A stretch of DNA of 64,000 nucleotides from Blasia pusilla (taxonomy: Eukaryota), in contig CM114271.1 of assembly GCA_050084515.1 (NCBI GenBank), forward strand, positions 12,772,001-12,836,000. Direction: 5' to 3'. The notes below the pieces were generated by a model, which saw nothing but the letters and a program-made list of their open reading frames with translations, did not search any database and was not told the origin of the DNA. The position numbers and the translations under genes are program-made. This document shows, piece after piece, positions 37,012 through 51,962 of this stretch. Each line of letters starts with the position of its first letter. The stretch's first letter is position 1.

Positions 37012-39852
37012 CCTTTGTGAAATGTATACATACATCCTAAGAAAAGAGGGAAACGTAGAGATTGGCATGGTATGGTATCCGTCCTACCGACATGGGCCTA
37101 ATCTAAGGGCTAATCCTAGTTTAACGTAACTCTAAGAGTTTTAGATTAGACAATCACTGGCACGACTGCAGAATAGGGGCCATCTTGTCGTAAATTAGGC
37201 CATATGAGAATATGGAATGACTACTCAAGAGTAATAACAACTTCTTTGAATTTTTCTTAAGAATAACAAAAATGAGGTGCAAGACTCAAATTATCTCCTG
37301 CTTCGGATTTGATGCCCTAGTTGCTCTTGCAACATTTATGCCCAATTCTCACTCATCTGGAGACTACTTTGTGCAGGAACTATCACCTTAAACAGGTTAC
37401 GACCGGAGACGAGGTAAGAACTTCTCTGGACCTATTTTATACTCTGTTTACTAAGAGAAGTAAACAACTACGGCTGCACTTGTTATTGTTCGTCTCTACA
37501 ATCTGCAGGTTTACTCTGATGTTTTGTAATTATTGATACTTCTGACTTACTGTTTTTCTTTCCAGAAACACCAAGCATCACTCGTTTCTGCAATGACGAA
37601 AGACATATCATCACGTTTCCCTCTGTTTCTGAAACTCTGGTTATGGTTTCCGGTGCCACTAGTGGCACTTGCTTACCTGATATTAGTCTACCGACAGAGG
37701 AAAGAAGCGTCTTAATTTTTTCCACTTTCAGTTGTTGTAATATCATAATGGTTGGAGCTCATCAGGTAAATCAAACTATTTTTGAACTATACTGTTTGGA
37801 GAACTATTGTAGAGATGTCCAGTCTGATCTGCAGCATCAGGAGGGATAGGTAGGGCTTCATGGGGGCAGGATATACACCTAGAACCTTTTGCGCCGCCAA
37901 TTCAGCACCAATGAACTCCTTTTATGAAGCAGCTTCATGTAAGATCCTCTCTCCAAAGAAAGCATTGAGAAGGTTTTCTCGTCTATTTTCTGCCCCAGTG
38001 ATCTACAAACAGGACAGGCGAAATAGGATTTTTCTCCACAAGTTGGAAATGCTGATCAAGAGGAAAATTTGTCTGGGTTCACCGTCAATATGCAGTTTCA
38101 GTATGGGTCGTGGAGAACTTTATGTTTGTGTACTGAAGGTGTAACCTGTTCTGTTTGCAGGTTTTATTATTCGATGGTAACTCCAAATTTTATAGTCTCA
38201 AAGACAGGCAGATTACCAACCTGACATATTAAGACATTCTCCATTCAGATCCAGGTTATCCTCACAAACAACAGTGCGTTGTGGCCACAATGGCAGTTAG
38301 CTTCAAAACGCACATCAGCTAGAATGTGACTATCCTGTATTATTGATTCTTTTCCAATCCTCTTCGTAAGGTCAGCTTTGGCCAAAGTTGTAAGCACGCG
38401 AGCTCAAGTATGATCCGAAAAGCATGTGTAAATGAGTTCAATTGATAGCCCGAATAGAACTAGAGCACACATGCATAAGACGGAGTAGTGTAAGCCCTGG
38501 GTTTATATTACCTTCCTTAATTAACTCTCGGAAATCTCAAGTGTCATTTTAAATTGATTTTGAATGACCCTATTGTTTCAAAATAGGAGCGATACCATTC
38601 GTACTCAAGGCGGGCGATCGCATTGGTTGAAAATTCCAAGTGTCAAGAAGAGAGGAATTTGTAAAATGAAAGGGCATTCTCCAATAATGATTTAGACTAT
38701 TGAGGATTCATGCAATTTAGGTGCTCCCACATGGGACCTATTTGATATGAGAATTCCACCAGGATAGGTTAATAAGGCATATATTTGCTAAACACTTTTA
38801 CATGTGACATTGTAATAAATCATGTTGTTAAAGGATGATAACTTCACATTTCATTTATGTGCTAACAAATAATAGTGGTACAAATTTTTGGATGATTGTA
38901 GTTATCACAACTAGTTTTTCAATATGCTACAAGGAGTAGTCCTATTATCTAGCAAGCTTTCAATTCCACAAAGATATTCTAACATAAGCAGAATTTAAAA
39001 TACTCTCTATGTTTACCTTATGCATTCTAAGATACCTATGTTAGGGTTATGGCACAAAATGGTGAATGTTTCATCTACAAAAGAATTTTCGTTGGAGTTA
39101 CGCATTGTAAGTTGGTTTGTAAAAATCCTATTAGGATGGCTCAATGCACCCATTTTGGTGACTATGGCTCCAAATGTAGTGGAGAGGGAGACCATGATGG
39201 ATAGCAAGTATGTAACCCAACAAAGGCTGGAAATTTATTCGATTAAGCAAGGACGTGCAAAGTAATTTTGAAGTTGTCAGATTAAATTGAATTCAAACAG
39301 AAGCTAGGTTATATTTTAGGGAGTGTGGGTTACTCAACTAAGTTGTAAACTTTGTAAAAGTTATGAAGGTATTCTGTATTGAAGGCCAAGTTAGGTGAAA
39401 TCGGATGATTGGCATTGGTATCTACTACGGCTATTTAGTTGTAGGTTACATTAGTCGAAATATCCTCTGGAATAAATGTGACAACACAGTAAGGGAGCAC
39501 AAGTGCAAACATTGCAAGAGATGATTGTTGAAATGAGACACTAAGTGCTATGGAATTCAATAGGTTGAGAAATTGAATATCACTACAAATATTCCAAGAG
39601 ACAATTGTTGAAATGAGACGCTAAGTGGTATGGAATTTAGTAGGTTGAGAAATTGAATATCACTCGAGTGCAAGAAATATCTTGCTAAGAGTTTGCTTGT
39701 ATTGTTTGGGAGAAGTTTGGTAAATACACAACATTGTCGATGGCCACTTGCTAGTGTTGTTGTAGATTGAGTCGAACTAGCATTGAAAGTGATTATGGAA
39801 TGACTAGTTACATGAATAAAATAGAAATCATTGTCAATGGTGGTTGGATGGT

Positions 39853-40860
39853 TGTCACGATCCTCATAACCAAACGAGGGCCAAGCAGAACATCAAAATT
39901 CTAGTGGGTTCACACTAGAATGGTTTGCGTATTGGAGAGGTCTCTTGAAGGACTCAAGGAGACACAAGATATAAGACGTAAACAAGGTTGAGTGTTTCAT
40001 GCATTTATGGTCAAAACTAAGAAACCTAAACCAAATGTGAACGAAGACTTGAGAGAAGTCGAGTCTACGAAGAGTGGTTGCCAAAGAGGGGAGAATCGGA
40101 TTGGGAATATTTCTTTTTAGCCATGACTTTTAACTCTAATATGTGTTTGAGACAAGTAAGATGGAGTTAGAAAGCTTATGTAAATTCGGTTCCAACGCAC
40201 CAAAGATATCAGAAAATGCACAAGCCGAGATTGAGAAATGTTCTAAAAATGAATGTGTAGGGAATCGGGTCGAGAGCCAAAAAGAGGGGCCCGACAATCT
40301 TTTCCCAAAAGATAAGGGGAGGGTGGAGAACCCAAAAGTACTATTAAGGGGTAAAGTCTCCAACCAAGAGTGCTTGGGACTTGAATCCCCACTTTGGGGC
40401 ACCATAGGGCAAACCAAGGTCAAGGAATGGATCGGGAGTTTGGCATACGTTGGGATTCGAAACCCGAACCAAGTCCAATAGAGTGGATTTCGGAGGCCTC
40501 TTTTGGATTCCAATCCGCAACTCATTTAAGTGGATCTCGGTTAGGGGCTCATGCGAGGTCCACTCGACAATTGAGACCGCCAATTGTGCGAATGTTGTTT
40601 TCGATGCCTTGTCTATCTAGAAAGTTTATTCCAAGTCTCGTAAGACTTGCCCGTATTGGGAAGTGAGGAACTAGGAAGGTTGAGCTATATTAAGTGCTGA
40701 GTTGAGAACTCGGTGGGTTGGAAGGGTGATTGACCGAGAAAAGAGTGACGTGAGTGTGTTAGATCAATAGTAAGAGCGTGTTATACTGAGCGTACACTTT
40801 CGCAATATTAGACATTGACATTCAAGGGGAGTAGGCACACGAAAATGGTGATGTAGCAAA
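39853..40860. repeat. LTR-like repeat remnant
   Basis: Begins TGTCACGA (typical LTR start). 40425-40845 is homologous to 16502-16925. The right end is not defined. Confidence 0.4.
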
Positions 40861-41439
40861 GTGAGTCGCAGTAGCATGAAAAGTGATTCAAGAATGACTA
40901 GTTACAAGAATAATGAAGAAAATAATTTGGAGACGAGCATGAGATATAGAAAATGATTCAAGTCCAAGAAATAAAAGTGGAAAATTTGTGTATCCTTTAG
41001 AGACAAAAAGAGCATGTGGTGAATCTAACACTCAAAAGAAATAAAAAAATTAGAATTGGATGCAATGTGCCACTCAAATTAGGTTTTGCTGCATACCTCA
41101 TTGGTGGGCTAAGTAAATGGATTGCAGAAGGTAGAGTAGTTATTAGAATGGGTAGAAGAAAAAGCTTTGTATGTCATCACACCTATCATTGTGATCATAC
41201 GTAACATAAGTGGGAATGGAACGAAATGATGATGGTCTCCCAAGATTGAACGCTTTGTAGTCTATTATGATTATCATGCACATACACATTGTTACACATC
41301 ATACATCGTTGTAACTAATCAAAAACACAAACTCTAGATTAACTCAATCATCCATCAAACATAACCATGAAGGAAAATCATTGCCAAAATTTCTCCAATA
41401 AAATGGATGAAAATCTTGCAACACACAAAGATCCCATAG

Positions 41440-41603
<164 letters not shown>

Positions 41604-43290
41604 CGCCTTATTGTCTCATTGTCCGTTTACGTTCAACTAAACACTAGTGTTCTTTTCAGATTTGTTTCAAACTATCAAAACCCATTGATACGTGACGAAA
41701 GGCTCGTAGTTGAATAATTGGGGTTAGTAGCCCATCTCTAACCATTAACTTGCTTTAACTACTCATGCTATCGATGTGGGAGCACTAACTCCATTCCTTT
41801 GGGCTTTTGAAGAGCGGGAAAACCTTTTCGAATTCTATGAAAGAGTCTCGGTAGCCAGAATGCATGTCAGTTACATACGACCGCGTGGAGTGGCGCAAGA
41901 TCTGCCCTTGGGCTTAAGTGGTGTAACTCGTTGAATTGGTCGTTGGCTGCCATTTTATTTTTGCATTCCATTATGCATTTTTTGACTCCTCCTCTTTTCA
42001 GATGTCATTACATTTCTTTGTCTTCTTTTGAGGTTTGTTCTTACAATAAAGTGGGTTTTCCTTTGCATTACGGATTAATGATGGTAATTTGAATTTTCCC
42101 TCATTATGGGAAAAATATGACCAATAATTTTAAGTGACTATTTTGAAATCAATCAAAACTAAGAATAAATTTGGGGTCAATTACAAAGATAATTAGAAGT
42201 AGTAAAGATCCCTTATTAAAGCTCATATTTAACTCTCTCACCAATTTCTATACGACCTCCTTAAAATATCAAATGTATTTTTGAACGAAGTCCGCATACA
42301 AAGCTACAAAACTGCATCCTCAAGGGGTGTCTTCTAATCTCTTCACACTCTAGGGAGTTGCGGGGAGAGCGAATTTCACCGACAGAAAAGTTCCGGCGAA
42401 CGGGATTCGGTGGTCTACTCTATACTACGTTTAGCGAAGACCTATGTGTGGGTCTCTCAGTCCCGGCGGAATCTGTGCTCGCCAGTTCGTTTCCCCTTTG
42501 CCTGGATCGTGTTGAACGCATCGGCGAGACGAGAGACGAAAGGACAGCATGAAGCGCGTTAGGTCGACTGCGGATGTTTCTCCCAAGGCATTGCAGCACC
42601 TCGCGGACAAAGACCTAGAAACCACACAGTAGTAGCGTTTCGTCCAGGACCTTTATCGCGTTCCTTTGTGTTTGTTTTCTGACGTAGGGTCTAGTGCAGC
42701 TGCAAGATTGAGCGGGATATATCTCAAGCAGGACATTCGTATCCCTGGTCGAGGTAAGGTTTGTGCGGGACATTCGGGGAGCTGATGTACAGGTTTCTGC
42801 TCCTCGTGTGTAATGTTCTTAGTTTGTGGAGTTCCCTGACCAGGTTTCACATGTGGGATGGGGAAATTGTTCGTCGAGGGATCTGTGTGATTGTTGGTCT
42901 CGGTATCGTGTCGGATATCCCAGTAGTTTGGTAATGGTATTGGTGACTGTTTCCTAGTTCTTTAAGCAGTGTGATCGTTTCCCTGAGATTACTTGCTGCC
43001 ATTTAATTGGAAGTGATGCCGGAATGGAAGATGTTATTCAATTATACTAGAAATAGTCGTTTTCCGGCTTGTTTAGGTACTGGATTATTTGTTCCTTGAC
43101 GCCATTCGCCGCTGTATGATCGCAACTGATTGTGCAGATGAAGATGGAATCATGTTCATGTGTCACGCATTAGTTTGCCGCACTGGTTTCTGTCCAGGGA
43201 GAGCGGGTGAGTTCTCAGGTCATGCATGTGGCATCTTTACCTTATCCCCTCAAGGTTTAAGAATCGTTTTTTTCTCTTTCAGGTTGCAGA

Positions 43291-44636
43291 ATGGCGGATG
43301 TGTTGGACACTCCTCCAGAGTCCTTACCGCGTGACGATCGTCGAAGGGACCGTTCGGCTGAAAGGAAGGAAAAAGCTGTTTCTGAGGATCGACGACGTGA
43401 TCGAGAACCACGAGAGAGGAGAGAAACTCCAAGGGATGAGAGGGACGAGCGACCTCCTCGCCGCGATCACCACGAGAGACGAGCGGGCCAAGAAGTTTTA
43501 GGGACGGTGGCGGAGCGTCGAGAGCGTGATAGAGAATATAAGCGTCGAAAGAGTTCTAGTCCTCCTCCATTCCCTCATCGCGACCGTGACCGAAGACACT
43601 CCCCTCCTTTGCGACGATCTCCACCGTATAAACGGTCTCGAAGGGATGACGAGAGGGGGTCCCCCCCCCGTGGAGCACCTGCCCCTGGCGGAGACGCGTC
43701 AGCTTTCTCGGGTGACCGTAGGTAGCCTCACCTTGTCTCTAAACTACGCACTGAATTTCCATTCGCTGGTAATTATATTCTCCGTAGTTGTTCTCTTCGT
43801 GGTTCACAGGATTTACAGGGAATTAGTTTGCGTGCGTTTTCTGTGTGTCTTTCTCTCTGCCAGAGGTTCTGCGAGCTTTCCAGATTGCTCTGTATGCCAC
43901 GGTTCCGCTTGTGTTGTGAATCTTTGTCGAGGTTAATTTGTGCTGACTTTTTTCCATTTAATTGCAATCTGGATGGGAAAGGCATGAGATCTTCGCCTGT
44001 CCTGATTTCGCTTTGGTCCTTTCTATTAGCGACCAATGTCCAATAGTGTGCAACCACCTGTATTCGGATTCCATACTGTGTTACTTCTCATACACTACGC
44101 ATTTTTGCTACTGAACGTCCTGACCCAGGGAGAGGTTTTCGTAAAAACCCCTTCATATGCTAGTCTCTTGCTTGTGTCGTATCTCCCTTATTGTCAGTTC
44201 CTATCGGAACTTATAAAATTCGTGGTGATGGTTATTGCACTGGTTGGTCATTGGTCATTTTCCTCCTTCGTTATTCCACTCTACAGGATTCGTCTGTGGT
44301 AATGTTGTCCTTGCAGGATCATAGTTAGTGGGTAATTTAGTCAGACACTGACACCTCGATGTGGATACAGGCATCTGGATCAATTGATGATTGTGAGAGG
44401 ACCCTCTCCTCCTTTGCGAGGCTCATATTCTTCCTCTTGTGACACGTAAAATTTAGTTCATCTTGCGTGTCCATCAATCTGTGATACCAATTCAGGCTAT
44501 TGCCTGTTACACTCCAGAGAAGTAACTGAGTGCTTTTCTAGCAAAGACAATTTTCTCCTCATGGAATTTGTCTTTAGTGTGAGGATGCCTCCCAAGTATC
44601 ACACCTCAATGTTGATCCGCTCAAGAGAGAGAGAGT

Positions 44637-44668
<32 letters not shown>

Positions 44669-47600
44669 GGAGTGTAGGTTCCACTTGGCCACTCTCTGGA
44701 GTTGGATAATGGTTAGCCAGAGGCATCGTTGCTGAAATCGAATCAGTCTTGGCCGTCAGTACCTAAGCAAATATTAGGACGATCAGAGAGCATGGCGCCC
44801 AGCAAGAGCAATGAGAGGTGCCAAGCTACCGACCTCACCTGGTGAAGGTTCTGATTCAGGGCCTAATCAGGAGCCGTGCCCTCTGTATGTTTTCGTCTTC
44901 ATGGTTTACTGTGTGACTGGTTGAATGTATGACCTTGTTTCAAGATTGCATTTTCAAGATAATGCCTTTCCTGTGTCATTTGTCAGGGGTTTTTAGTTTT
45001 GAGATTGCAGTCCTACAATTTTCCCTAACAGATTTAGCTTGCAGGACTTATGTGAGGTTGTGAATGATTTGGAATCAAACCCTTGTGTAACTCTTGATTC
45101 GGGGTTATCCTTGTCGGTTGGTGTGTGACAGCTGATGTAACATTTATGCGTACTGATCTCTTGTCCTAGGTGGGAAATACAGCTGATGCACAGCTGCAAC
45201 AAGAAGTCCCCTCTCTAAGTAGATTCAAATGGATTGCAGGTACGGCTATGATGGAATGGGTCCATATGATGGACGTGGTGGGCAAGGAGGTCGAGGAGGC
45301 TATGGAGGGGATGAAAGGGGCCAGGGTCGACATGGACGCAACTTTCATGGAGGTCCACCTGGTATATTCCCAACCACTCATATGAGACATTTCCCATGTA
45401 GCTACAATTGGAAACCTATGGAAATGAAGAATACTTGTAGTTATTCAAAATTTAGGCTCTGATGGAGCTGAATGTTGCACGGATTTATATTGCAAAATTT
45501 TACAGTGCTTAGACATTTTCTGATACAGATGGTCAACAACCACAGTGATGTAATCTTCTTTTGTTTTGATCATGATTAAGTTAAAAAAAAATACTATTCA
45601 GGCATAGTTGAATTTTTGGTTGGGTTTAGAGAGAGATTGGGATATGTGTGTTTCTCTGGACCATATGTCTTGAGAACAAATGGGTAGCATTCTACGGTGT
45701 ACTAATACCTTCATTGAGGATCCAGGCTTGAGTCGTTCATAAAGATACTGCATGACATAGGGAGGAAGAGCAGGATTGCTGGTTGGAACTGTAGTATTAA
45801 GAACATTTGTTGTCTGGATCATGGACCAAGAGAATGAAGATCTCATGTTGCGTACTTCTTTTTGATTAATGAAGCAGATTGGCCTGGACCTGGCCGCACT
45901 GGATTTAGTGATGGCCCATTTTCAAGCATGTATGGTGGTGCACCATCTCGCCGGTATGTATTCAATGTCTTTGAAAAGCACACGTCTGTTAGCTGTGTCT
46001 CGCAGCACACTTTCTGTGTTGGCACCTTTTTTTATCATAACTTGGTAGGCTTTGTCAGCAGTGGTTGTCCCTGGGACAATGAAGAAATGTTTGTGGAAGT
46101 CCTTCAAAACAACCTTAATTCAATGCTACTTCTGGAGTGTGATTGCCAATTATACAGGCATAAGGTTGGAGATTCTAAGGTGTAGCTAGTCTCAAGTATG
46201 AATATTAAAGAACGGGTGGCCTACAATCCACATGAGGGGCTGGCAGGAAGTTAAAATTGGGTGTGGGGCTGTTGTCAATTGGGTCACATTAGAAGTGCAT
46301 AAGGAAGTTGCATATCTCCATTGAATCTCTACCACTGCAAAGTTAGCGATGGGGAGTGTAAAGGAAGAGAAAGATCAATTTCCCCCTGTTTTGAGCGTTG
46401 AACACTTTCACTTTAACAACTGTGATTTGATACTTACAGAGAGGGTTTAATGTCGTACAAGCAGTTCATCGCTGAACTGGAAGATGATATCTTACCTGCT
46501 GAGGCAGAACGGAGGTATGTGTACTCTATGAAAGGAAGTAGTTCAGCCCCGAATTTGGGCTCATGTTTAGCTCTAGGCATTGTTGATTATAAGTCACATG
46601 CTTGCTGGCTGACTCTAGACAGGTTTTCAATCAGGAACTTCACATGCACTTTATTTTTCTTGTGTATGCAGGTATGAAGAATATAAAGCAGAATTTATTA
46701 CGACTCAAAAGCGAGCATTTTTTGAACAACACAAGGATGATGACTGGTAGGAACTACCAACTAGCACTTTTCAACTTCATTGATTTTTCTTCCAAGGTTT
46801 ACTGTCTGTAATTGGAGTTTGGGTCTTTTGTAGGCCTTGAAATTTCTACTTGGAGGATTTATGTTCAAGAGATGGTTCATGAAGTCGAAGTTGGAAGAAT
46901 GTTACAGCTTCTGTTTTTCTTTGTGGCTGCAAGATTCCAAGGGTCCACTAAGCCAACATGGCTTGAACGGTGCATCATATATAAATTTGTATGCCTTGGG
47001 TTGAGAGATGACAAGAATTGCTATGGCTTATACCTTACATACTAGATACATACATGTGATTCTAGAGTGCTTCTGTAACTGTTGTGGTGGGCACCAAAAT
47101 TAAGTTAAATTTGTCTTGTTTTGTTCAGGTTGCGAGAGAAGTATGATCCCTCTCGACTGGAGGCTGTTCTATCCAGGTAATGTCTTTCTCACATTCGACA
47201 ACAAAGTGTTAAGTTATTTTTCTTGTTAGTTATACTTGCCATTATAGAGTTTATAGAGTTTGAACGCAATTTGGCCAATACATATATTGAGTGGTCTCTG
47301 CTATGTTGCTTGCACAGACGGAATGAAAATGCGAAGACACTGGCAAAGGACTTTCAGTCAGATTTGCAAGCTGGAAATCTAGACGTGTAAGTATCTAACT
47401 CAATCTAATTCCTTGTTTAATAAGGATTTATGAACTTTGTGGATGTCGTATGCTGGTGGAGGGAGAGAGCATGAGTATCTTACTTGGGGGGAAATTTTGA
47501 TTGTGCTATGATGTGTTTCAATATGTATATGTGAGCAGAGGCCCAAATGCTGTTGTAGCTCAGTCTACGATTAAAGATGGAGAACAGGGTTCTGAAGAGG

Positions 47601-50082
47601 AGACAGATGCCCATGGAAAGAGAAGGAAACCCTTAGCGGGTTCCTCCAAGGATCGGGAGTTTGATGCAGCCCCTAAGGCACCTTCTACGCTAGCAGATGC
47701 CAAAAGAGTTCCTAAAGACATTGAGCAAGCCCAAGCTCTCATTAAGAAGCTGGACAGTGAGAAGGGGATCGAAGGCAATATCTTACTGACTTCAGGAAAT
47801 TCAAATCTTGAGGGGGAGAAGTCCATGAGCGGGGTCTCTTTAGGTACAATTGTTATTATTCGGGGTGCCAATCAGGTTAAGGGCCTTGAAGGACTTGAGC
47901 TGATGGATGTTATGCTTACATATCTGTGGCGGGTTCATGCCCTGGATTACTATGGAATGGTGGAGCTGAAGGATGCACCAAAGGGTTTTAGACATGTAAG
48001 GGCTCCAGAGGTCAAAGGTGGAGATGAAAATGCAATGCAGTTAGCTGCTGTGGAGTGGGAAAAGAAACTTGATGCAAATTGGCAAAGTAGATTAACTGGC
48101 CAGGATCTAATTGAAGCTATGCTTGGGAGGGACAAACTTGAAGCGACAGCAAATGAAGCATTGGATCCATTTGTGAGGAAGATTCGGGATGAGAAATATG
48201 GTTGGAAGTATGGCTGTGGAGCAAAGGGCTGTACAAAGCTGTTCCATGGCCCAGAGTATGTGCACAAGCATCTGAAGTTGAAGCATTCAGAGCTTGTAAG
48301 TGATGTGGTGGCAAAGGCCCGCGAAGAGTTGTATTTCCAGAACTACATGAAGTAAGTATTTTGGTGAATGAGGTTAAATGAATGCATGTACCCGAAGAGT
48401 CTGGTTTTGGAGCTTCTGGGCTATGATATATTGTCCTCTATAAAATATAGACTATGTACTAAGGCTGAGTGTTATATGTGGTGTCTATGTGGTAGTGACA
48501 CAGATGCGCCTGGTGCGAATCAATCATTTTCTTCTCAGGGTGCGCCTGTAAGTAGATTTGTTCCTCTTGATTTTGTATTTGGAATTGAAGATGTTTCCTC
48601 TGATGCTACGAAGTGAAAAAATGTCATCCAATCTTTGTTTGCATTACTGGTCAACATACCTGTGGGTGTTGATTAGGTGTCAAAATAGTTTTCTTGACTA
48701 TCTATAATTATTGCCCAGCAGAGAGAAAAGAACAGAAGACGAAGGACTGGAGTTGCTGCCTCTGGAGTGGGTACGTTCATTGGTGTAGCTGAGCGGATGG
48801 CAACTGATCGGAACCCAAATGCTGGTCTACCACCTGGTGGATCTAATAGAGGGCCTCGGGATGGTAATGAACGGTTTGACAGAGGTGGGAATCGCGAGAA
48901 TGAGAGATCTGACAGAGCTGGTCATGATGAGGAGCAGCGCTTTGATAGAGGCGGCGATCACTCCCCTCCCAATCGGGACTTCGCATCTGCAATGGGTGGG
49001 GTCCCTCAGTTTGATGGAGGCCCTGGGGGACCGTTTGAAGGAGGTCCATCTGATACTCCTATGTTTGACCCTTTTAATGGACCCCCTCTGAGGGGTCCTC
49101 CTTTTGGGTCTGACATCCCTCCACCGCCTCCTGTGCTAATGCCAGTACCTGGTGCTGGGTAAGTATTCTGATGTTTGATCATCCTTGTCCCGAGTTGCAA
49201 TTTAACCATTTTGTTACAACATTGTTTATGCTGAAATAGGCTGTTGCAGATGTCATCACTTCAGTATGGGAACCATCAGATGGTGAAAATTCTGCTCGTA
49301 TGCCTGATATACTTGGAGTTCTTGTTTCCAAGTTGATGAAGCATCTCGATCAGTCCACTTCAATGTTGTTGATTATCTCTAAAGACATAGATCAATCAAA
49401 ATATGTTGGTGGGGAAGCTGACTTGACTCATCGGTGATTCAGACCTCTTGGTCCATTTGTACCAGCCCCACCAGAAGTGGCAATGCGGATGTTAAGAGAG
49501 CAAGGTGGCCCTCCACCTTTCCACCCTGGTGCATTTGATGGAAATTTTGATGGTGAGGGCAATGGTGGGGGTCCACGTGGGCGAAAGGGCCGGGGAGGTG
49601 TTGGGCATGGGATGGGTTCAGGCATGATGGATAATGGTCCCATGATGCTTCCTTTGTCACAATCTATTCGCCATGATCCTCGAAATGTTAGAAGGTATGA
49701 TTCTTTTTGTTTCACACTGAGGCCTATCGGCGCCAGCAGATGTTTCCTATGATATCATCTTAAGTCACTTGTGATGGTTGCCGCAAACATAGGGGACTTC
49801 TATGAGTTTAGAAAGACTCCTGATCCTTGTCCACCTGGAATGATGGCTTGTTGATTGTTTGACATAAAGCCTGTGCAGCCTTACATATCACAGTTTGTGT
49901 AACGTCTGATTTCTTGTGTAAAGAATAGCCTCCAGGTGTATCTATTATTTGACATTGTCTTACACTCCAAATTGTCTTGGTACTTTTGACATTATCTAAA
50001 TGGCCTCATATTTTGGTGCAGCTATCACGACCTTGATGCTCCTGAAGATGAAGTGACAGTGATTGATTACCGCAGTCTCTAG
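43291..50082 (+). CDS. SE: SERRATE / ARS2 RNA effector protein; coding exons 43291-43721, 45240-45361, 45878-45953, 46440-46514, 46672-46746, 47129-47176, 47318-47386, 47539-48351, 48496-48547, 48719-49158, 49443-49694, 50022-50082; 5'UTR intron 42753-43282
   Basis: RD/RE-rich N-terminus, GLMSYKQFIAELEDDILPAEAERRY, C2H2 finger KYGCGAKGCTKLFHGPEYVHKHLKLKH, PVLMPVPGAGPLGPFVPAPPEVAM and C-terminal SYHDLDAPEDEVTVIDYRSL. All junctions are GT-AG and in frame. Confidence 0.97.
44624..44672. repeat. (GA)n microsatellite in a SERRATE intron
   Basis: Directly visible. Confidence 0.9.
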
Positions 50083-51962
50083 TCCCAAAGTAAGAAGATT
50101 TGGACTTTGAATGCAAGTGGTGTGCTAGAAGTAGATGCTGCTTAACTCCATTTGAGACTAGTGTTACTAGTGTCTTACGCGGCCCTTGCCGATTGGGTTT
50201 GTGTGATCCAGTTATATCACTGTTGCCTTGAATTCTAAGCAGGACTACAGTCAAATTGAGAATTCTGGGCCAAGCAAGTTGTCAAGGAGTCGTGAGCATA
50301 AGGACCTCTATCATCTTCTGAATGATAGCATCTCAATCTCTGCCCAGTGGGTTTCTTTGATCCAGGGAGACCTTTGTTGCCTGCAATTTTGAGCAGTACA
50401 GTAAAATTGAGAGTTCTGGATCATTTAAATTGTCCTCCCAGAGTGATGGGCAAGTAGTGTTGAATTTGTGTGTAGCATCATTAATTCCTTTCGTTCACGT
50501 GTGATACACACTAATTGCAACATTTTTCTTACTTATCCTGCAACTCATTGGCATTTTACTAGTGGGCTGTAAAGTTGGTCCCGTTTGGTTACCATTTAAA
50601 GTGCCATGTCTCATCCATTTGGTTCCGGTTCCACTGTCTTGCGTGTGGTCACAAGATGCTGCTCTGGAAGAAAATCATGCCGAAAACCTGATGATAGTGC
50701 AAGTTGCAAGTCGGGGAGTAATTTTACTACTCCATGGGCATTCGCAGAGGTCGAGGCGACCCATTTTCGTAGAAACAGTTCACCAGGTCCGAATTATTTA
50801 CTTATAGTTTTTCTGTGAAATGGGTCTAAGAGGGCGCTAGATCAATTCTGGGTTTAAGGTCCGCCTTCTGGCTGGATCTACTCGCTGGCGGCGGCTTTCG
50901 AGCCGGTTCCTTCGAGTACCTTCCTCACTATAGGAAAGGGACTGAACAGACTTATTTTTTCGAATTCGTATCTTCCTCACAAAAGGAAAGGGACTGAACA
51001 GACTTACTTTTTCGAATTCGTATTGGAGGGGGGTTTGGGAGGGCGCCAAGCGAATTCGTGTTGGAGGGTGGTTGGGGAGGGCGCCGATATGCAAATACTT
51101 TCTTGCTAAAAAAAACTTAGGGTGGATGTAAACCAATGATTTCTTGCACAAATCTTCGATCCCGGCCATTTCAAAGGAGCATTTATTACCCCATGTAGAT
51201 ATGCTTTCACGACGGTTTAGGTGCCGAATGGACCCGGGCCTAGAACTCAGAAATCGGTGAGGCTGTGTCGTCGCCCGTAGCCGCTACCCTACGCGCAGGA
51301 AATCGACTCGGCCCTCCATCAAGAACGTCCCGAGGTTGCTACAGATAAAAATATAGTCTTCGGCAACAGGCGCAGTCACGTTGCGGTTTCTCGGAATGTA
51401 GTTTCCATTTCGTGTTAAAGTAAGGAGACAACGTATGGCACAAAGCCAAGAACCAATGCGGATCAAGATTCGGAAGCCAATCAGCGATCTTACGAAGAAA
51501 ACGAAACGCTTGACGGACGGACGCAATGAATCACCTATCTATCCGTCCGTCCCCAAATGCCCGCCGTCGCCGCCCCTGTTCCCAGAAGACTTGCAACCAG
51601 CAAAGATGCCGGCCAAGGAGCAATTGACGATGTGGAACATGCCGGTGCCCGGGCGCCGTAAGAAACGATGGAAAATAAAGGACAAAGGTCCGTCCCACTT
51701 ACAGAGGTACAGTGGCCGCTGCGCTCCGATTCCTGACTCGTTTGTCACTGGCACCACGTGCCGATCGGGCAGGCCGCCATATCCCTCACACTTGTTCGAA
51801 TTCTTTTTGGAATTCAAAACCTTCGGAGGCAGCAGTCTGTGTCCATTTGGCAAAAACATGGTCCTTAATGGAGTCTTTCTGAGGGGCCTGCGTGTGATGG
51901 TTGGAGGACCGAGTTGTTTTGCTCAAGCGCAGTGTCAAAAGAAGAAGAATGTTTGTGATGGC

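Noticed and set aside
39515-39665. 80-bp tandem duplication (similarly 50935-51023)
   Set aside because: Ordinary local duplications with no further structure.
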